From the NCBI GenBank assembly GCA_947260025.1, contig CAMYON010000013.1, positions 20,806-84,805 of the forward strand: 64,000 nt of DNA. Direction: 5' to 3'. Position numbers and translations under genes: made by a program. This stretch comes from an uncultured Gammaproteobacteria bacterium (GTDB lineage Bacteria; Pseudomonadota; Gammaproteobacteria; GCA-001735895). Shown one piece after another: positions 32,902 through 44,406 of this stretch (positions within the stretch are counted from its first letter, which is position 1; each line of letters starts with the position of its first letter). Under the pieces are notes generated by a model that saw nothing but the letters and a program-made list of their open reading frames with translations, ran no database searches and was not told the origin of the DNA.

Positions 32902-33021
32902 TAACCGCGCTTCCCGCTCACTCAGCACTGAATTATCCGAGCACAATACTGTTAGCAGATTAGAAAAATCAATACTGAATCTGATCGTAGCCATCTCGAG
33001 ATGGCCGGGGATAAATGCGAA

Positions 33022-33759
33022 TCAAGCGGTGAAGATTTCGCCGTTCTCGTTCGAGGCATCGCTCATCAGGTACAGGAAGGTATCGATATGATCCTGCGGC
33101 GACGGCAACTGTTCGTTTTCGTCCGCGGCCGGGTAGGCGCGCAACTGCAGGCTGGTGCGCGTCTTGCCTGGATTGAAACAGTTTACCCGTAAATTACTGT
33201 CGGCATACTCCTGTGCCAGCAGTTCGGCCATGGCCGCGAGCCCCTGTTTGCTGACCTGGTAGGCGTCCCAGTAGGCCCCGGGCTTGTCGTCGATCATGAA
33301 CAGTATCGAAGCGTGCTCGGAGCGGCTCATCAGCGGCAGGCAGGCGCGGGTCAGCAAATAAGGAGCATGCAGGTTGACCTGGTGCACCTGGTACCAGGTT
33401 TCCGCATCGCTCTGGGCAAACACCGTGGGCGCCCCGAGGATGGCGGCGCAGTGAATCAATCCATCCAGTTGCCCGAGCTGGGACTCGATATTCGCCGCAA
33501 GTTCGCCGTAGTCGTGCTCGCTGGCGCCCTCCAGGTTCATCGGGTAAATCGCCGGTGTCGGGTAGCCTGCCAGGTCGATTTCGTCGTAGAGCGCCTCCAC
33601 CATGCGCAGGTTACGTGCCAGTAAAATCACGGTGGCACCATGTTGCGCCAACGCCAGCGACAACGGTTTACCAAAGCCGCCGGTCGCGCCGGTTACCAAA
33701 ACTGTCTTGTCTTTCAGCAAATCGGAAGCGGCGCTGAATCTATCGGGTATGCGGGTCAT
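33022..33759 (-). CDS. YciK-family short-chain dehydrogenase
   Basis: VTGATGGFG, AYQVSK and NPGKTRT motifs; start at ATG 33759 overlaps the gph stop. Confidence 0.85.
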   Translation of the reverse strand: MTRIPDRFSAASDLLKDKTVLVTGATGGFGKPLSLALAQHGATVILLARNLRMVEALYDEIDLAGYPTPAIYPMNLEGASEHDYGELAANIESQLGQLDGLIHCAAILGAPTVFAQSDAETWYQVHQVNLHAPYLLTRACLPLMSRSEHASILFMIDDKPGAYWDAYQVSKQGLAAMAELLAQEYADSNLRVNCFNPGKTRTSLQLRAYPAADENEQLPSPQDHIDTFLYLMSDASNENGEIFTA

Positions 33760-34418
33760 GTCTGGCTCATCAATGGGTGCTGTAACAGTTCGCCAGGGCT
33801 GTCTATCACGCCATCGGCGCCCCAGCCCTCGATATCGGTGCCGTCCTCGATATAGCCGTAGGCCGCGACCAGGGTTTTCATATTTGCCGCCTTGCCGGCG
33901 ACGATGTCGCGCTCGTCGTCGCCGACGTACAGGCATCGCTCGCTGCTTACGTCGAGGCGTTCAGCCGCGACCTGCAACGGCAGCGGGTGCGGCTTACGAT
34001 GTTCCAGGGTATCGCCGCCGATGACGACGCCGCTGCGCTCGGCCAGGCCCAGCTGCTGCAACAAGGGGTGCGTCAGCCATTCGGGCTTATTGGTGACGAT
34101 ACCCCAGGGGATGGATCGCGTCTCGAGCTCGGTGAGAATTTCCTCGTAGCCATCGAACAGCCTGGAATCGTTGGCGACGATCTCGCGGTAATGATCCAGG
34201 AAGCGTTGCCGCAGGGGCTCGATTGCGGACTCGGGGACCTTGCCGCCAAATCCCAGCCGGGTCAGCACCAGGCCGCCCTGCGAGACGTAGGGCCGTATGC
34301 GTTCTATTGGTATCGGCTCCAGGTTTTCTTCGAGCAGCAGGTTATTGAGCGCGCCGCCCATATCCGGTGCGGTGTCGATCAAAGTACCATCGAGGTCGAA
34401 CAATACGGCTTTAGTCAT
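33756..34418 (-). CDS. gph: HAD phosphatase (Gph/MupP-like)
   Basis: FDLDGTLIDT, VTNKP, KPHP and YVGDD motifs; ubiG synteny. Confidence 0.8.
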   Translation of the reverse strand: MTKAVLFDLDGTLIDTAPDMGGALNNLLLEENLEPIPIERIRPYVSQGGLVLTRLGFGGKVPESAIEPLRQRFLDHYREIVANDSRLFDGYEEILTELETRSIPWGIVTNKPEWLTHPLLQQLGLAERSGVVIGGDTLEHRKPHPLPLQVAAERLDVSSERCLYVGDDERDIVAGKAANMKTLVAAYGYIEDGTDIEGWGADGVIDSPGELLQHPLMSQT

Positions 34419-35121
34419 CGAAGCAGGCGGTCATCAGGTAATTGACATCGATATCTCGACCCAGCGAGTAGTTTTTCGTGATCGGGTTGTAACTGATGCC
34501 GGTAATATCACGCAGCTGCATGCCGTTGGCGCGCAGCGTTGCGGCGAGTTCCGAGGGTTTGATGAATTTTTTGTACTCGTGGGTGCCCCGCGGCAGCATC
34601 CTTAAAACATACTCTGCGCCCAGAATCGCGAGTGCGAAGGATTTGGGATTACGATTCAGCGTCGACAGGCACAACATGCCTTCGGGTTTCAACAGTCGGA
34701 TCGCGGATGCGATGATCGACGCCGGGTCGGGCACATGCTCGAGCATTTCGAGGCAGGTCACGATATCGAACTGCGCCGCATTTTGCTGCGCGAAGTCTTC
34801 TACCGTCGACAGCTGGTAATCGACTTCGAGCCCCGATTCATGCAGGTGCATCTTCGCCACTTTGAGCGAGAGTTCGGCCATGTCGATTCCGGTGACCAGT
34901 GCGCCTTTGTGCGCCAGCGCTTCCGCCAGGATGCCGCCGCCGCAGCCGACATCGAGAATTTTTTTGCCTGCGACACCCTGTGCCTGCCGTTCTATATAGG
35001 TCACGCGCAACGGGTTGATTTCATGCAGCGGCTTGAACTCGCTTTCACGATCCCACCAGCGGCTCGCAATCGACTGGAATTTATCGATTTCGGCCGGATC
35101 AACGTTTACATCCAATGACAT
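34411..35121 (-). CDS. ubiG: Ubiquinone biosynthesis O-methyltransferase
   Basis: NVDPAEI, LHEINPLR, LDVGCGGG and EMLEHVPDP motifs. Confidence 0.95.
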   Translation of the reverse strand: MSLDVNVDPAEIDKFQSIASRWWDRESEFKPLHEINPLRVTYIERQAQGVAGKKILDVGCGGGILAEALAHKGALVTGIDMAELSLKVAKMHLHESGLEVDYQLSTVEDFAQQNAAQFDIVTCLEMLEHVPDPASIIASAIRLLKPEGMLCLSTLNRNPKSFALAILGAEYVLRMLPRGTHEYKKFIKPSELAATLRANGMQLRDITGISYNPITKNYSLGRDIDVNYLMTACFDD

Positions 35122-35123
35122 GT

Positions 35124-36443
35124 TCAACTCTTTATTTTCTGGGCCCAGGCGGATGCCGTGGCGATCAGTTCGTCGTTATCCAGGTGGCAGAATTCGGAGT
35201 CTCGCAACTGCGCCACCCCGTCGATCCAGACGTGAGATACCTGCCGGCTGCTGGCCGCGTAAACGATTTGCGCCACCGGATCGTACAGCGGCTGGGTGTT
35301 GAGGCTGCCGAGGTCGAGTGCGATCAGGTCGGCTTTCTTCCCGACTTCGATACTGCCGATCTGGTCTGCCATGCCCAGCGCACGGGCGCCGTTGATAGTC
35401 GCCATCTCTATCGCGTGGCGGGCGTTGCAGGCGCTGGCGTTACCGCTGCTGCCCTTGGCCAGCATCGAGGCGGTGCGCATTTCGCCGAGCAGGTCGTGAT
35501 CGTTGTTGCTGGCCGCGCCATCGGTGCCGAGACACAGGTTGACGCCCTGGTCGTGAAGCGCCGTGACCGGGCAGATGCCGCTACCCAGTTTCAGGTTGGA
35601 TTCGGGGCAGTGAACGACGTTGACCCCGGCCTCGGCCACGCGCTCGATTTCGAATTCATCGAGCTCGGTCATATGCACCGCGATCAGGTTTGGATTCAGC
35701 AGGTTGAGCTGATCGAGTCGTTGTAGCGGACGCTGGCCGGTTTTCTGCAGCGCTTCCGCTACTTCCGAGGCGGTTTCGTGCACGTGCATATGCACCGGCA
35801 GATCGAGCTCGCTGCTGTACATCGCGATCTGCCGCAACGGTTCGTCCGAGACCGTGTAGGGTGCGTGTGGCGCGAAAGCGCTGCTGACCAGCGGCATCTC
35901 GCGTATCTCGTCATGCACGGCCAGCGCCTTGTGCAGGTATTCGTCGGCGTTTTGCGCCCAGACGCTCGGAAAATCGAGCACGATCAGGCCGATGACGCTG
36001 CGCATACCGATGGCCTGGGAACAACGTGCGGCCTCGTCGGGAAAGTAGTACATATCGCTGAGGCAGGTCGTGCCGGAGCGTATCATTTCGGCTGCAGCAA
36101 GCCTGAATCCATCGACGGTGAAACCGGGATCGACCCAGCGCGCCTCGGCCGGCCAGATATGATCGGTCAGCCATTCCATTAACGGGAGATCGTCGGCCAG
36201 GCCGCGAAACAGGCTCATCGAGGCGTGGGTGTGCGCATTGACAAAACCGGGCATCAACACACAGTCCGGCAGGCGGATAATCTCTGCCTGCGAGTAGCAC
36301 GGCAACTCGCTAACGGCATCGTTTGCAATCAGCATCTGAATGCGATCATCTTCGACCACCACGGCGAAATCGCGCAATACCTCGAACCCCGCGTTAACGG
36401 TGACGGTCCAGTCAGGCTGGATGATTTGGTAGCGATGCTGCAT
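35124..36443 (-). CDS. TRZ/ATZ amidohydrolase (MtaD-like deaminase)
   Basis: PGFVNAHTH, PHAPY, HVHET, HCPESNLKL and GTDGAASN motifs. Confidence 0.88.
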   Translation of the reverse strand: MQHRYQIIQPDWTVTVNAGFEVLRDFAVVVEDDRIQMLIANDAVSELPCYSQAEIIRLPDCVLMPGFVNAHTHASMSLFRGLADDLPLMEWLTDHIWPAEARWVDPGFTVDGFRLAAAEMIRSGTTCLSDMYYFPDEAARCSQAIGMRSVIGLIVLDFPSVWAQNADEYLHKALAVHDEIREMPLVSSAFAPHAPYTVSDEPLRQIAMYSSELDLPVHMHVHETASEVAEALQKTGQRPLQRLDQLNLLNPNLIAVHMTELDEFEIERVAEAGVNVVHCPESNLKLGSGICPVTALHDQGVNLCLGTDGAASNNDHDLLGEMRTASMLAKGSSGNASACNARHAIEMATINGARALGMADQIGSIEVGKKADLIALDLGSLNTQPLYDPVAQIVYAASSRQVSHVWIDGVAQLRDSEFCHLDNDELIATASAWAQKIKS

Positions 36444-36670
36444 AGTCGAACCTTACAAGATTTGAGCGAGACTTAAAACGGATATTGCGGCATTCATGGC
36501 GGTGTCACGAGCAATTCCTCAAATCCGCGCTAAAAACCCGTAAATCCGTTTATTTTGGCGCTGGAGAGGCGATCTTATCGGTAGTGTTAACCCCGCGGTC
36601 TGTGATAAAATTGCGCAGATCGAAAATAAATCATTCCTGCGTCATTTCTTACCGTTGAGTTTCTAGTTTT

Positions 36671-39250
36671 ATGGCTGATATCGCCAAAGAAGTTTTTCCT
36701 GTCAATTTAGAAGACGAGATGCGTCAGTCGTACCTCGAGTACGCGATGAGCGTTATCGTCGGGCGCGCCTTGCCGGACGTGCGCGATGGTCTCAAACCGG
36801 TGCATCGACGGGTACTCTACGCGATGAGCGTGCTCGGTAACGACTATAACAAGCCGTACAAAAAATCCGCGCGCGTGGTCGGTGACGTAATCGGTAAATA
36901 CCACCCGCACGGCGATACCGCGGTCTACGACACCATCGTGCGCATGGCGCAACCTTTCGCGATGCGGCACATGCTGGTCGATGGCCAGGGTAACTTCGGT
37001 TCGGTGGACGGCGATTCACCCGCGGCAATGCGTTACACCGAAGTGCGCATGTCGAAAATCGCGCACGAATTGCTGGCCGACCTGGAAAAGGAAACCGTCG
37101 ACTACCTGCCGAACTACGATGAATCGGAACACGAGCCCGTGGTGTTGCCGACAAAGGTGCCGAACCTGTTGATCAACGGTTCTTCCGGCATCGCGGTAGG
37201 CATGGCCACCAATATCCCGCCGCATAACCTGAGCGAGGTAGTCAACGCCTGCATCCTGCTGGTGGACGAACCCGACTCTGGTATCGAGCAATTGATGGAA
37301 TGCATTCCCGGACCCGATTTTCCAACCGCCGGATATATCAATGGCGCGCGCGGTATTCGCGAGGCTTATCGCGGCGGTAAGGGCAAGATCTACCTGCGCG
37401 CAAAGACGCATTACGAGGAAGATAAATCGGGCCGGCAAAGCATTATCGTCACCGAATTGCCTTACCAGGTTAACAAGGCCCGGCTGCTCGAAAAAATTGC
37501 CGAACTGGTCAAGGAGAAACGCCTCGAGGGCATAACCGGGTTGCGTGACGAGTCCGACAAGGACGGTATGCGCATGGTGATCGAGTTGCGCCGCGGCGAA
37601 ATCGCCGACGTGGTGTTGAATAACCTTTACAAGCAGACCCAGATGCAAAACGTGTTTGGCATCAACATGGTGGCGCTGGTCAACGGTCAGCCGCGCCTGC
37701 TGAATCTGAAGGAAATCCTGGAAGCCTTTATCCTGCACCGGCGTGAAGTCGTAACTCGTCGCACGATTTTTGACCTGCGGAAGGCACGCGACCGCGCGCA
37801 TTTGCTCGAAGGGCTCGCCGTCGCGTTATCCAACATCGATGAAATCATCGAAATGATCAAGCAGTCGTCCAGTCCGGCGGTGGCCAAGGCCGGACTGATG
37901 GAAAAATCCTGGGCGCCGGGCGTGGTACTGGAAATGTTGCAGCGTACCGGTGCGGAATCCTCCAGGCCCGAGGGTATCGCCGAAACCTTTGGACTAATCG
38001 GCGATCAATACCATCTGACCGAGAAACAGGCGCAGGCGATTCTCGATCTGCGACTGCATAAACTGACCGGGCTGGAACAGGATAAGATCATTTCCGAATA
38101 CCGTGAGATTCTGGAAAAAATCGAAGACCTGCTCGATATTCTGCAACGCGACGAGCGGCTGAAGCAGGAGATTCGGCGTGAACTCGAGGAGATCAGGGAA
38201 GAATTTGCCGATCCGCGCCGCACCGAAATCGTGATCGATCATTCCGACCTGACGGTCGAAGACCTGATCAGCGAAGAAGACGTGGTGGTGACCATATCGC
38301 ATCTCGGCTATGCCAAGGCTCAGCCGCTGGAATCTTATTCGGCGCAGCGGCGCGGTGGCCGCGGCAAGGCGGCAACAAAAGTCAAAGACGAAGATTTCGT
38401 CGAGCAAATGTTTGCCGCGTCGACCCATGATACGCTGCTGTGTTTTTCCACGCGCGGCAAGGTTTACTGGCAAAAAGTTTACCAACTGCCGATCGGCAGT
38501 CGCGCTTCCCGCGGCCGACCCATGATTAACTTGCTGCCGCTGGAAGAAGACGAGCGAATTACCGCGATTCTGCCGGTGCGCGAGTACCCGGAAGACCAGT
38601 TTATCTTCTTCGCCACTGCCAGCGGCAAGGTCAAACGCACCCCGCTGTCGAATTTCTCGCGCCCTCGTGCGAACGGCATTATTGCACTCGATCTGCGCGA
38701 CGAGGATAGCCTGATCGGGGTTCAGCTCACCGAGGGCAAGTCGAATATGATGCTTTTTACCAGCGTCGGCAAGGGTATACGTTTCGATGAAAACGACGTG
38801 CGTGCAATGGGCCGCACCGCGGCCGGCGTACGCGGCATCAAGACCAGGGGGAAAGACGAAGTTATTTCGCTGATTGCGGTCGAGTCCGACGAGGGTCAAA
38901 TCCTGTTTGCCACCGAGAACGGCTACGGCAAGCGCACGCGCATCGGCGACTTTTCGGTGCAGGGCAGGGGCGGTCAGGGCGTGATCTCGATTCAGACCTC
39001 AGAGCGCAACGGTGCCGTGGTCGGGGCGATCAAGACCAGCGGCGATGAAGAGATCATGCTGATCAGCAATAGCGGTACCCTGGTACGCACACCTGCCCAG
39101 GATATTTCGATTCTGGGACGCAACACTCAGGGCGTGACTTTGATCCGGCTCGGTGAAAACGAGCAACTGGTGCAGATCGAGCCGGTAGCCGCCAGCGTCG
39201 ACGACGAGGATGTAACTAGCGAAGACGAAGCCGGCGAAGACGAGGGCTGA
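36671..39250 (+). CDS. gyrA: DNA gyrase subunit A
   Basis: YHPHGD, AAMRYTE and the GyrA box QRRGGRG. Confidence 0.97.
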   Translation: MADIAKEVFPVNLEDEMRQSYLEYAMSVIVGRALPDVRDGLKPVHRRVLYAMSVLGNDYNKPYKKSARVVGDVIGKYHPHGDTAVYDTIVRMAQPFAMRHMLVDGQGNFGSVDGDSPAAMRYTEVRMSKIAHELLADLEKETVDYLPNYDESEHEPVVLPTKVPNLLINGSSGIAVGMATNIPPHNLSEVVNACILLVDEPDSGIEQLMECIPGPDFPTAGYINGARGIREAYRGGKGKIYLRAKTHYEEDKSGRQSIIVTELPYQVNKARLLEKIAELVKEKRLEGITGLRDESDKDGMRMVIELRRGEIADVVLNNLYKQTQMQNVFGINMVALVNGQPRLLNLKEILEAFILHRREVVTRRTIFDLRKARDRAHLLEGLAVALSNIDEIIEMIKQSSSPAVAKAGLMEKSWAPGVVLEMLQRTGAESSRPEGIAETFGLIGDQYHLTEKQAQAILDLRLHKLTGLEQDKIISEYREILEKIEDLLDILQRDERLKQEIRRELEEIREEFADPRRTEIVIDHSDLTVEDLISEEDVVVTISHLGYAKAQPLESYSAQRRGGRGKAATKVKDEDFVEQMFAASTHDTLLCFSTRGKVYWQKVYQLPIGSRASRGRPMINLLPLEEDERITAILPVREYPEDQFIFFATASGKVKRTPLSNFSRPRANGIIALDLRDEDSLIGVQLTEGKSNMMLFTSVGKGIRFDENDVRAMGRTAAGVRGIKTRGKDEVISLIAVESDEGQILFATENGYGKRTRIGDFSVQGRGGQGVISIQTSERNGAVVGAIKTSGDEEIMLISNSGTLVRTPAQDISILGRNTQGVTLIRLGENEQLVQIEPVAASVDDEDVTSEDEAGEDEG

Positions 39251-39257
39251 TGCATCC

Positions 39258-40352
39258 ATGAATGACGATGCCCTGGAAAAACTGCGCCAGCAGATCGATG
39301 ACATCGATCAAAAGTTGCTGGAACTGTTCAACCGGCGCGCGCGTTGCGCGGTCGATGTGGCGGAAGTCAAACGCGCGCTCACCGACGAGTCCGACGAAGG
39401 CGTCAATTTTTTTCGACCGGACCGCGAAGCCCAGGTAATCAATCGGCTGAAAACCCTCAACCAGGGGCCTCTTAGCGATGACGAGGTCGGGCGCCTGATT
39501 CGCGAAGTCATGTCCGCCTGCCTGGCGCTGGAACAGCCGTTGAAAATAGCTTATCTCGGCCCGGAGGGCACCTTTACCCAGAGCGCCGCGTTAAAACACT
39601 TCGGTCATTCGGTGACGACCGTGCCGATGAGCAGTATCCCGGATGTCTTCAACTCGGTCGAATCCGGTCACGCAGACTATGGCCTGGTGCCGGTGGAGAA
39701 TTCAACCGAGGGCGTGGTCAGCCACACTCTGGACATGTTCATGAATTCGAGCCTCAAGGTCTGCGGTGAAGTCGAGATACCGATTCACCACCACCTCGCG
39801 ATGCACGCCCAGAACGTATCGGAAATCAAGCATATCTACTCGCATCAGCAATCCTTCGCGCAGTGCCGACGCTGGCTCGACCAGAATCTTCCGGGCATAG
39901 AGCGCATTCCGGTTAGCAGCAATGCCGAGGCCGCACGCCTGGCGAGTGTCGAGAGCGACGCGGCGGCGATCTGCGGGTTGCCGGCGGTCGAGGTATTCGA
40001 TTTGAAAATCTGTTACGAAAACATCGAAGACCTTTCTGACAACACCACGCGATTCGTCATTATCGGCAAGCAGGATGTCGACCCCAGCGGTAACGATAAA
40101 ACTTCGCTGCTGATTTCGACCAAGAACATTCCGGGGGCACTGCTGGGTTTGCTGCAACCGCTCGCAGATCATGGTATCAGTATGAACAAGATCGAATCGC
40201 GCCCGGCGCAGGGCCTGAAGTGGGCATACGTGTTTTTCATCGATATCGACGGGCATCAACAGGATCCCGGGGTGGCCAGGGCCTTAAATGAGCTGAAACA
40301 GCAGGCTGCCTTGTTTAAAATACTGGGCTCTTATCCCAAAGCCACACTCTAA
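39258..40352 (+). CDS. pheA: Chorismate mutase/prephenate dehydratase
   Basis: LRQQID CM domain, YLGPEGTF, PVENSTEG, NTTRF and IESRP motifs. Confidence 0.95.
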   Translation: MNDDALEKLRQQIDDIDQKLLELFNRRARCAVDVAEVKRALTDESDEGVNFFRPDREAQVINRLKTLNQGPLSDDEVGRLIREVMSACLALEQPLKIAYLGPEGTFTQSAALKHFGHSVTTVPMSSIPDVFNSVESGHADYGLVPVENSTEGVVSHTLDMFMNSSLKVCGEVEIPIHHHLAMHAQNVSEIKHIYSHQQSFAQCRRWLDQNLPGIERIPVSSNAEAARLASVESDAAAICGLPAVEVFDLKICYENIEDLSDNTTRFVIIGKQDVDPSGNDKTSLLISTKNIPGALLGLLQPLADHGISMNKIESRPAQGLKWAYVFFIDIDGHQQDPGVARALNELKQQAALFKILGSYPKATL

Positions 40353-41462
40353 ATGTCAGTAGTCGATTCCGCACTGGTGCAAATCAGGCAGTTGCACCCT
40401 TATTCTCCTGGTAAACCAGTCGAGGAACTCGAGCGCGAACTTGGCATCAGCAACGCCATAAAACTTGCCTCCAACGAAAATCCGCTGGGTTGTTCGCCGC
40501 GGGCGCGAAGCGTGTTGGCTGGAGCTAGCAAGCATCTCGAACTCTACCCGGATGCAAATGCCTACTACCTGAAGCAACGACTCGCGCAAAAGCTCGGTGT
40601 CGAGCAGGATCAGATCACCATCGGCAACGGTTCCAACGACGTGCTCGACCTGGTCGCGCGCAGTTTTCTCGATGCCAGTACCGAGGCCGTGTTCTCGCAA
40701 TACGCGTTCATGGTGTACGGCATGGTAACCCAGGCCTGCGGCGCGAAAGCAAGCATAGCGCCCGCGTCAGGGCCTCAGAGTGCCTCACCCTACGGTCATG
40801 ATCTCGAAGCCATGGCAGCGTTGATTAACGATAAAACCCGGGTGGTGTTCATCGCTAACCCGAATAATCCAACCGGAACCTGGCTGCATGCCGACGAACT
40901 GCGCAGCTTCGTCGAGCAGGTGCCCGAACATATTGCGATCGTCGTTGACGAGGCTTACTTCGAGTATGTCGATCTGCCGCAGTACCCGGATACCCTGCAG
41001 TGGCTCGGGCAGTTCCCCAATCTGATCGTTACGCGCACCTTTTCCAAGATATACGGGCTTGCCGGATTGCGCGTCGGTTATTCGGTTTCGAGCGCCGAGC
41101 TGTGCGATTTGTTCAACCGTGTCAGGCAGCCGTTCAACGGTAACAGTCTCGGGCTGGTCGCGGCACAGGCGGCACTTGATGACGATGACTTCGTTGCGCA
41201 AAGCCGCGCGAGCAACGCGCAGGGCTTGCGGTCGATGCAGGAATGGTTCGACCAACGCGGAATCGAGTACATCCCCTCGGCCGGCAACTTCCTGACGGTT
41301 CGGTTTGGCGCCAACAGCTCGCAGCTTTATCAACAGTTGTTGCAGCAGGGCGTTATCGTCAGGCCGGTAGCGAATTACGGCCTGCCTGAACACCTGCGTA
41401 TCAGCGTCGGCACGGAGCCGCAGCTGCAGCAGCTGTACCGTGTCCTGGGAGAGATACTATGA
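40353..41462 (+). CDS. hisC: Histidinol-phosphate/aromatic aminotransferase
   Basis: KLASNENP, NPNNPTG and RTFSKIYGLAGLRVG motifs. Confidence 0.92.
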   Translation: MSVVDSALVQIRQLHPYSPGKPVEELERELGISNAIKLASNENPLGCSPRARSVLAGASKHLELYPDANAYYLKQRLAQKLGVEQDQITIGNGSNDVLDLVARSFLDASTEAVFSQYAFMVYGMVTQACGAKASIAPASGPQSASPYGHDLEAMAALINDKTRVVFIANPNNPTGTWLHADELRSFVEQVPEHIAIVVDEAYFEYVDLPQYPDTLQWLGQFPNLIVTRTFSKIYGLAGLRVGYSVSSAELCDLFNRVRQPFNGNSLGLVAAQAALDDDDFVAQSRASNAQGLRSMQEWFDQRGIEYIPSAGNFLTVRFGANSSQLYQQLLQQGVIVRPVANYGLPEHLRISVGTEPQLQQLYRVLGEIL

Positions 41463-42322
41463 TCGACAGGCTCGCGATTATCGGCGTTGGACTGATTGGC
41501 AGTTCGCTGGCGCTGGCGCTAAAACAGGCCGCTGCGGTGGGGCATGTAATCGGTTACGGGCGTAATCTTCACAATCTCGAGAAAGGCATCGAACTAGGGG
41601 TTATCGACAGCCAGGCCGGCACGATCGCGGAATGCGTACGTGATGCCGACGTGATCGTGGTGGCGGTTCCACTGGGTGCGATGCGGCAGGTCTTCGCCGA
41701 ACTCAAGGCCAGCGCCAGCCGCGATGCCGTGATTACAGATGTCGGTAGTGCCAAGGGTTCGGTTATTGCGGCGGCAAGGGAAGAGCTTGGTGATCTGTGG
41801 CCGCGTTTCGTCCCCGGCCACCCGATTGCAGGCACTGAACAGAGTGGTGTGGAGGCTGGTTTCGCAAGCCTTTACCAGAATCGCCGTGTAATCTTGACCC
41901 CGCTGGAGCAAACCGACGCCGACGCCGTCGAGATTATCGACGATATGTGGCAACACTGCGGTGCAACGCTGGAATATCTCAGCGTCGAACATCATGACAA
42001 GGTGCTGGCCGCAACCTCGCATTTACCGCATATGCTGGCTTACGCACTGGTGCACCACCTGTCGAATCTGAACGATCACGAAGAGATTTTTCGGTACGCC
42101 GCTGGCGGATTTCGTGATTTCTCCCGTATTGCCTCCAGCGATCCGGTCATGTGGCGCGACGTATGCCTCGCCAACGGTGACGCCCTGGTTGCCCTGATCG
42201 ATCAGTACCAACAGGAACTCGAACGCATTGCCACCGCGATTCGTGACGACGATGCCGACGAACTGTTAAAACTGTTCGGCAGGGCGAAGTCCGAACGTGA
42301 TTCGCTGATAGGTAATTGTTAA
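41459..42322 (+). CDS. tyrA: Prephenate/arogenate dehydrogenase
   Basis: GVGLIG, TDVGSAK, GHPIAG and SHLPH motifs. Confidence 0.9.
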   Translation: MIDRLAIIGVGLIGSSLALALKQAAAVGHVIGYGRNLHNLEKGIELGVIDSQAGTIAECVRDADVIVVAVPLGAMRQVFAELKASASRDAVITDVGSAKGSVIAAAREELGDLWPRFVPGHPIAGTEQSGVEAGFASLYQNRRVILTPLEQTDADAVEIIDDMWQHCGATLEYLSVEHHDKVLAATSHLPHMLAYALVHHLSNLNDHEEIFRYAAGGFRDFSRIASSDPVMWRDVCLANGDALVALIDQYQQELERIATAIRDDDADELLKLFGRAKSERDSLIGNC

Positions 42323-43626
42323 TGATGAGATTCGTCTGCAAACCCGGCGATAAAATTGGCGGCGAGTTTCGGGTTCCCGGCGATAAATCGATCTCCCATC
42401 GCTCGATCATGCTCGCCTCTATCGCGGACGGCACAAGCCATATTTCCGGCTTCCTGCAAGGCGAGGACAGCCTCAACACGATGCGGGCGTTCCAGCAAAT
42501 GGGAGTGCCGATCGAACGCAATCAGGGCGAAGTCACGGTTAGCGGTGTCGGGCTGCACGGCCTGCAGGCGCCGGCAACCGATCTCGATATGGGCAACTCC
42601 GGAACCGCCATGCGATTGCTGCTAGGCCTGCTTGCCGGACAGGACTTCGATGCGCGTCTGATCGGCGATTCTTCGTTATCGTCGCGGCCGATGCTGCGCG
42701 TGATCCAGCCGCTACAGCAAATGGGAGCGATCATTGAAAGCGCGGACGGCGGACGCGCGCCGCTGCTGGTCAGGGGTAGACAGGCACTCGAGGCGATCGA
42801 CTACCAGATGCCGGTGGCCTCGGCGCAGGTAAAATCCTGCCTGCTGCTGGCCGGGCTCTATGCGCAAGGCGAAACCATCGTGCATGAGCCGGCACCGACG
42901 CGTGACCACAGTGAGCGTATGCTGCGGGGTTTTGGCTGCGAGGTAGCATCTAGCGACGGCGAAATCCGGCTTCGGGGTAACCAGGCATTGACCGCCTGCG
43001 ACATTGACGTGCCGGCCGACATATCATCGGCAGCATTTTTCATGGTCGCGGGCAGTATTGCCAGTGATTCCGATATCACGCTACAGCATGTCGGCATCAA
43101 TCCCACCCGTACCGGGGTGATCGGTATCCTCGAATTGATGGGAGCCGATATCGAAATTCTCAATCGACAGGAAATAGGAGGCGAGCCGGTTGCCGATATC
43201 CGGGTGCGCAGTGCCCCATTGTCCGGTATCGAGATCCCCGGGCATCTGGTGCCGCTGGCGATAGATGAATTTCCGGTGCTGTTCGTGGCCGCGGCCTGTG
43301 CCGTCGGAGAAACCCGTTTGAGCGGCGCGGAAGAGCTGCGGGTCAAGGAAAGCGACCGCATCCAGGTCATGGCTGACGGCCTTACCAGGCTTGGAATTGA
43401 AACCGAAGTGAAACCTGACGGCATTATAATTCAGGGCGGGGAACTCGGCGGCGGTGAAGTCGATTCGCATGGAGATCATCGCATTGCGATGGCTTTTAGC
43501 GTAGCCTCGTTGGCAGCCAGCCGGGATATTTGCATTCGGGATTGCGCCAATGTAAATACATCTTTCCCCGGATTTGCGGAATTGGCCCAGCGGGCAGGAA
43601 TCAGGATATCAATCGATGCAGGATGA
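42322..43626 (+). CDS. aroA: EPSP synthase
   Basis: PGDKSISHR, GNSGT, SAQVKS, KESDR and DHRIAM motifs. Confidence 0.96.
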   Translation: MMRFVCKPGDKIGGEFRVPGDKSISHRSIMLASIADGTSHISGFLQGEDSLNTMRAFQQMGVPIERNQGEVTVSGVGLHGLQAPATDLDMGNSGTAMRLLLGLLAGQDFDARLIGDSSLSSRPMLRVIQPLQQMGAIIESADGGRAPLLVRGRQALEAIDYQMPVASAQVKSCLLLAGLYAQGETIVHEPAPTRDHSERMLRGFGCEVASSDGEIRLRGNQALTACDIDVPADISSAAFFMVAGSIASDSDITLQHVGINPTRTGVIGILELMGADIEILNRQEIGGEPVADIRVRSAPLSGIEIPGHLVPLAIDEFPVLFVAAACAVGETRLSGAEELRVKESDRIQVMADGLTRLGIETEVKPDGIIIQGGELGGGEVDSHGDHRIAMAFSVASLAASRDICIRDCANVNTSFPGFAELAQRAGIRISIDAG

Positions 43627-44290
43627 GAACGTTTTTGTCGTTACAATCGATGGCCCGAGTGGGTCGGGCAAGGGGTCGCTCGCGCTTAACGTAGCACGCG
43701 AACTGGGATTTCACCTGCTCGACAGTGGCGCAATTTATCGGCTGCTGGCGCTGAAAGCACTGCAGCAAGGTATCGATCTCGACGACGAACAACAGGTCGC
43801 GCCACTGGCCGAGGAACTCGATATCCGGTTTGAAGCGGGTGACGAATTATCCATTCCGTTTCTCGATAATGTCGACGTTTCGGCCGAATTACGCCAGGAG
43901 CGAACCGGTGACGCGGCGTCAAGGGTGGCGCGTCACCCCCTGGTGCGTGAACGCCTGTTGAGTCTGCAGCGCGGTTTTGTCAGGCCTCCGGGACTGGTCG
44001 CCGACGGGCGCGATATGGGCACCGTGGTGTTCCCCGATGCCCGTTTTAAGTTCTTTTTGTACGCAAGCCCTGAAATTCGTGCGCAAAGACGATATAAGCA
44101 GTTGAAAAATATGGGTTTATCCGCTAATATCGCGCAGCTTCAGGCGGATATAGCCGAACGTGACGAACGCGATCAAAGTCGAAGTGTCTCACCGCTCGTG
44201 CCCGCCGAAGATGCTCTGGTTGTGGAATCAAGTTTGCTCGACCTGGCGCAGGTAACGGAACTCGTGCTGAGCCATATAAGAGATAAGTAG
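43616..44290 (+). CDS. cmk: Cytidylate kinase
   Basis: IDGPSGSGKG and DGRDMGTVVFP motifs; start at ATG 43616. Confidence 0.95.
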   Translation: MQDENVFVVTIDGPSGSGKGSLALNVARELGFHLLDSGAIYRLLALKALQQGIDLDDEQQVAPLAEELDIRFEAGDELSIPFLDNVDVSAELRQERTGDAASRVARHPLVRERLLSLQRGFVRPPGLVADGRDMGTVVFPDARFKFFLYASPEIRAQRRYKQLKNMGLSANIAQLQADIAERDERDQSRSVSPLVPAEDALVVESSLLDLAQVTELVLSHIRDK

Positions 44291-44311
44291 TAACCACGAC
44301 CTTATCAAGGC

Positions 44312-44343
44312 CCCTGCAGACGCACTGTCTTCAGGGTTTTTTT
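44312..44343 (+). terminator. Hairpin plus U-tract in the cmk-rpsA spacer (terminator or rpsA leader structure)
   Basis: CCCTGCAGAC-GCACT-GTCTTCAGGG followed by T7. Confidence 0.5.
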
Positions 44344-44406
44344 AACTAAACCAGATGGTTAATTGTATCCGGATTAACTGTCGTGAAACTCTTTTAGGAT
44401 TCTTCC

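Noticed and set aside
32218-32994. 258-aa minus-strand ORF
   Set aside because: The plus-strand ORF carries GGCT motifs and this one has none.
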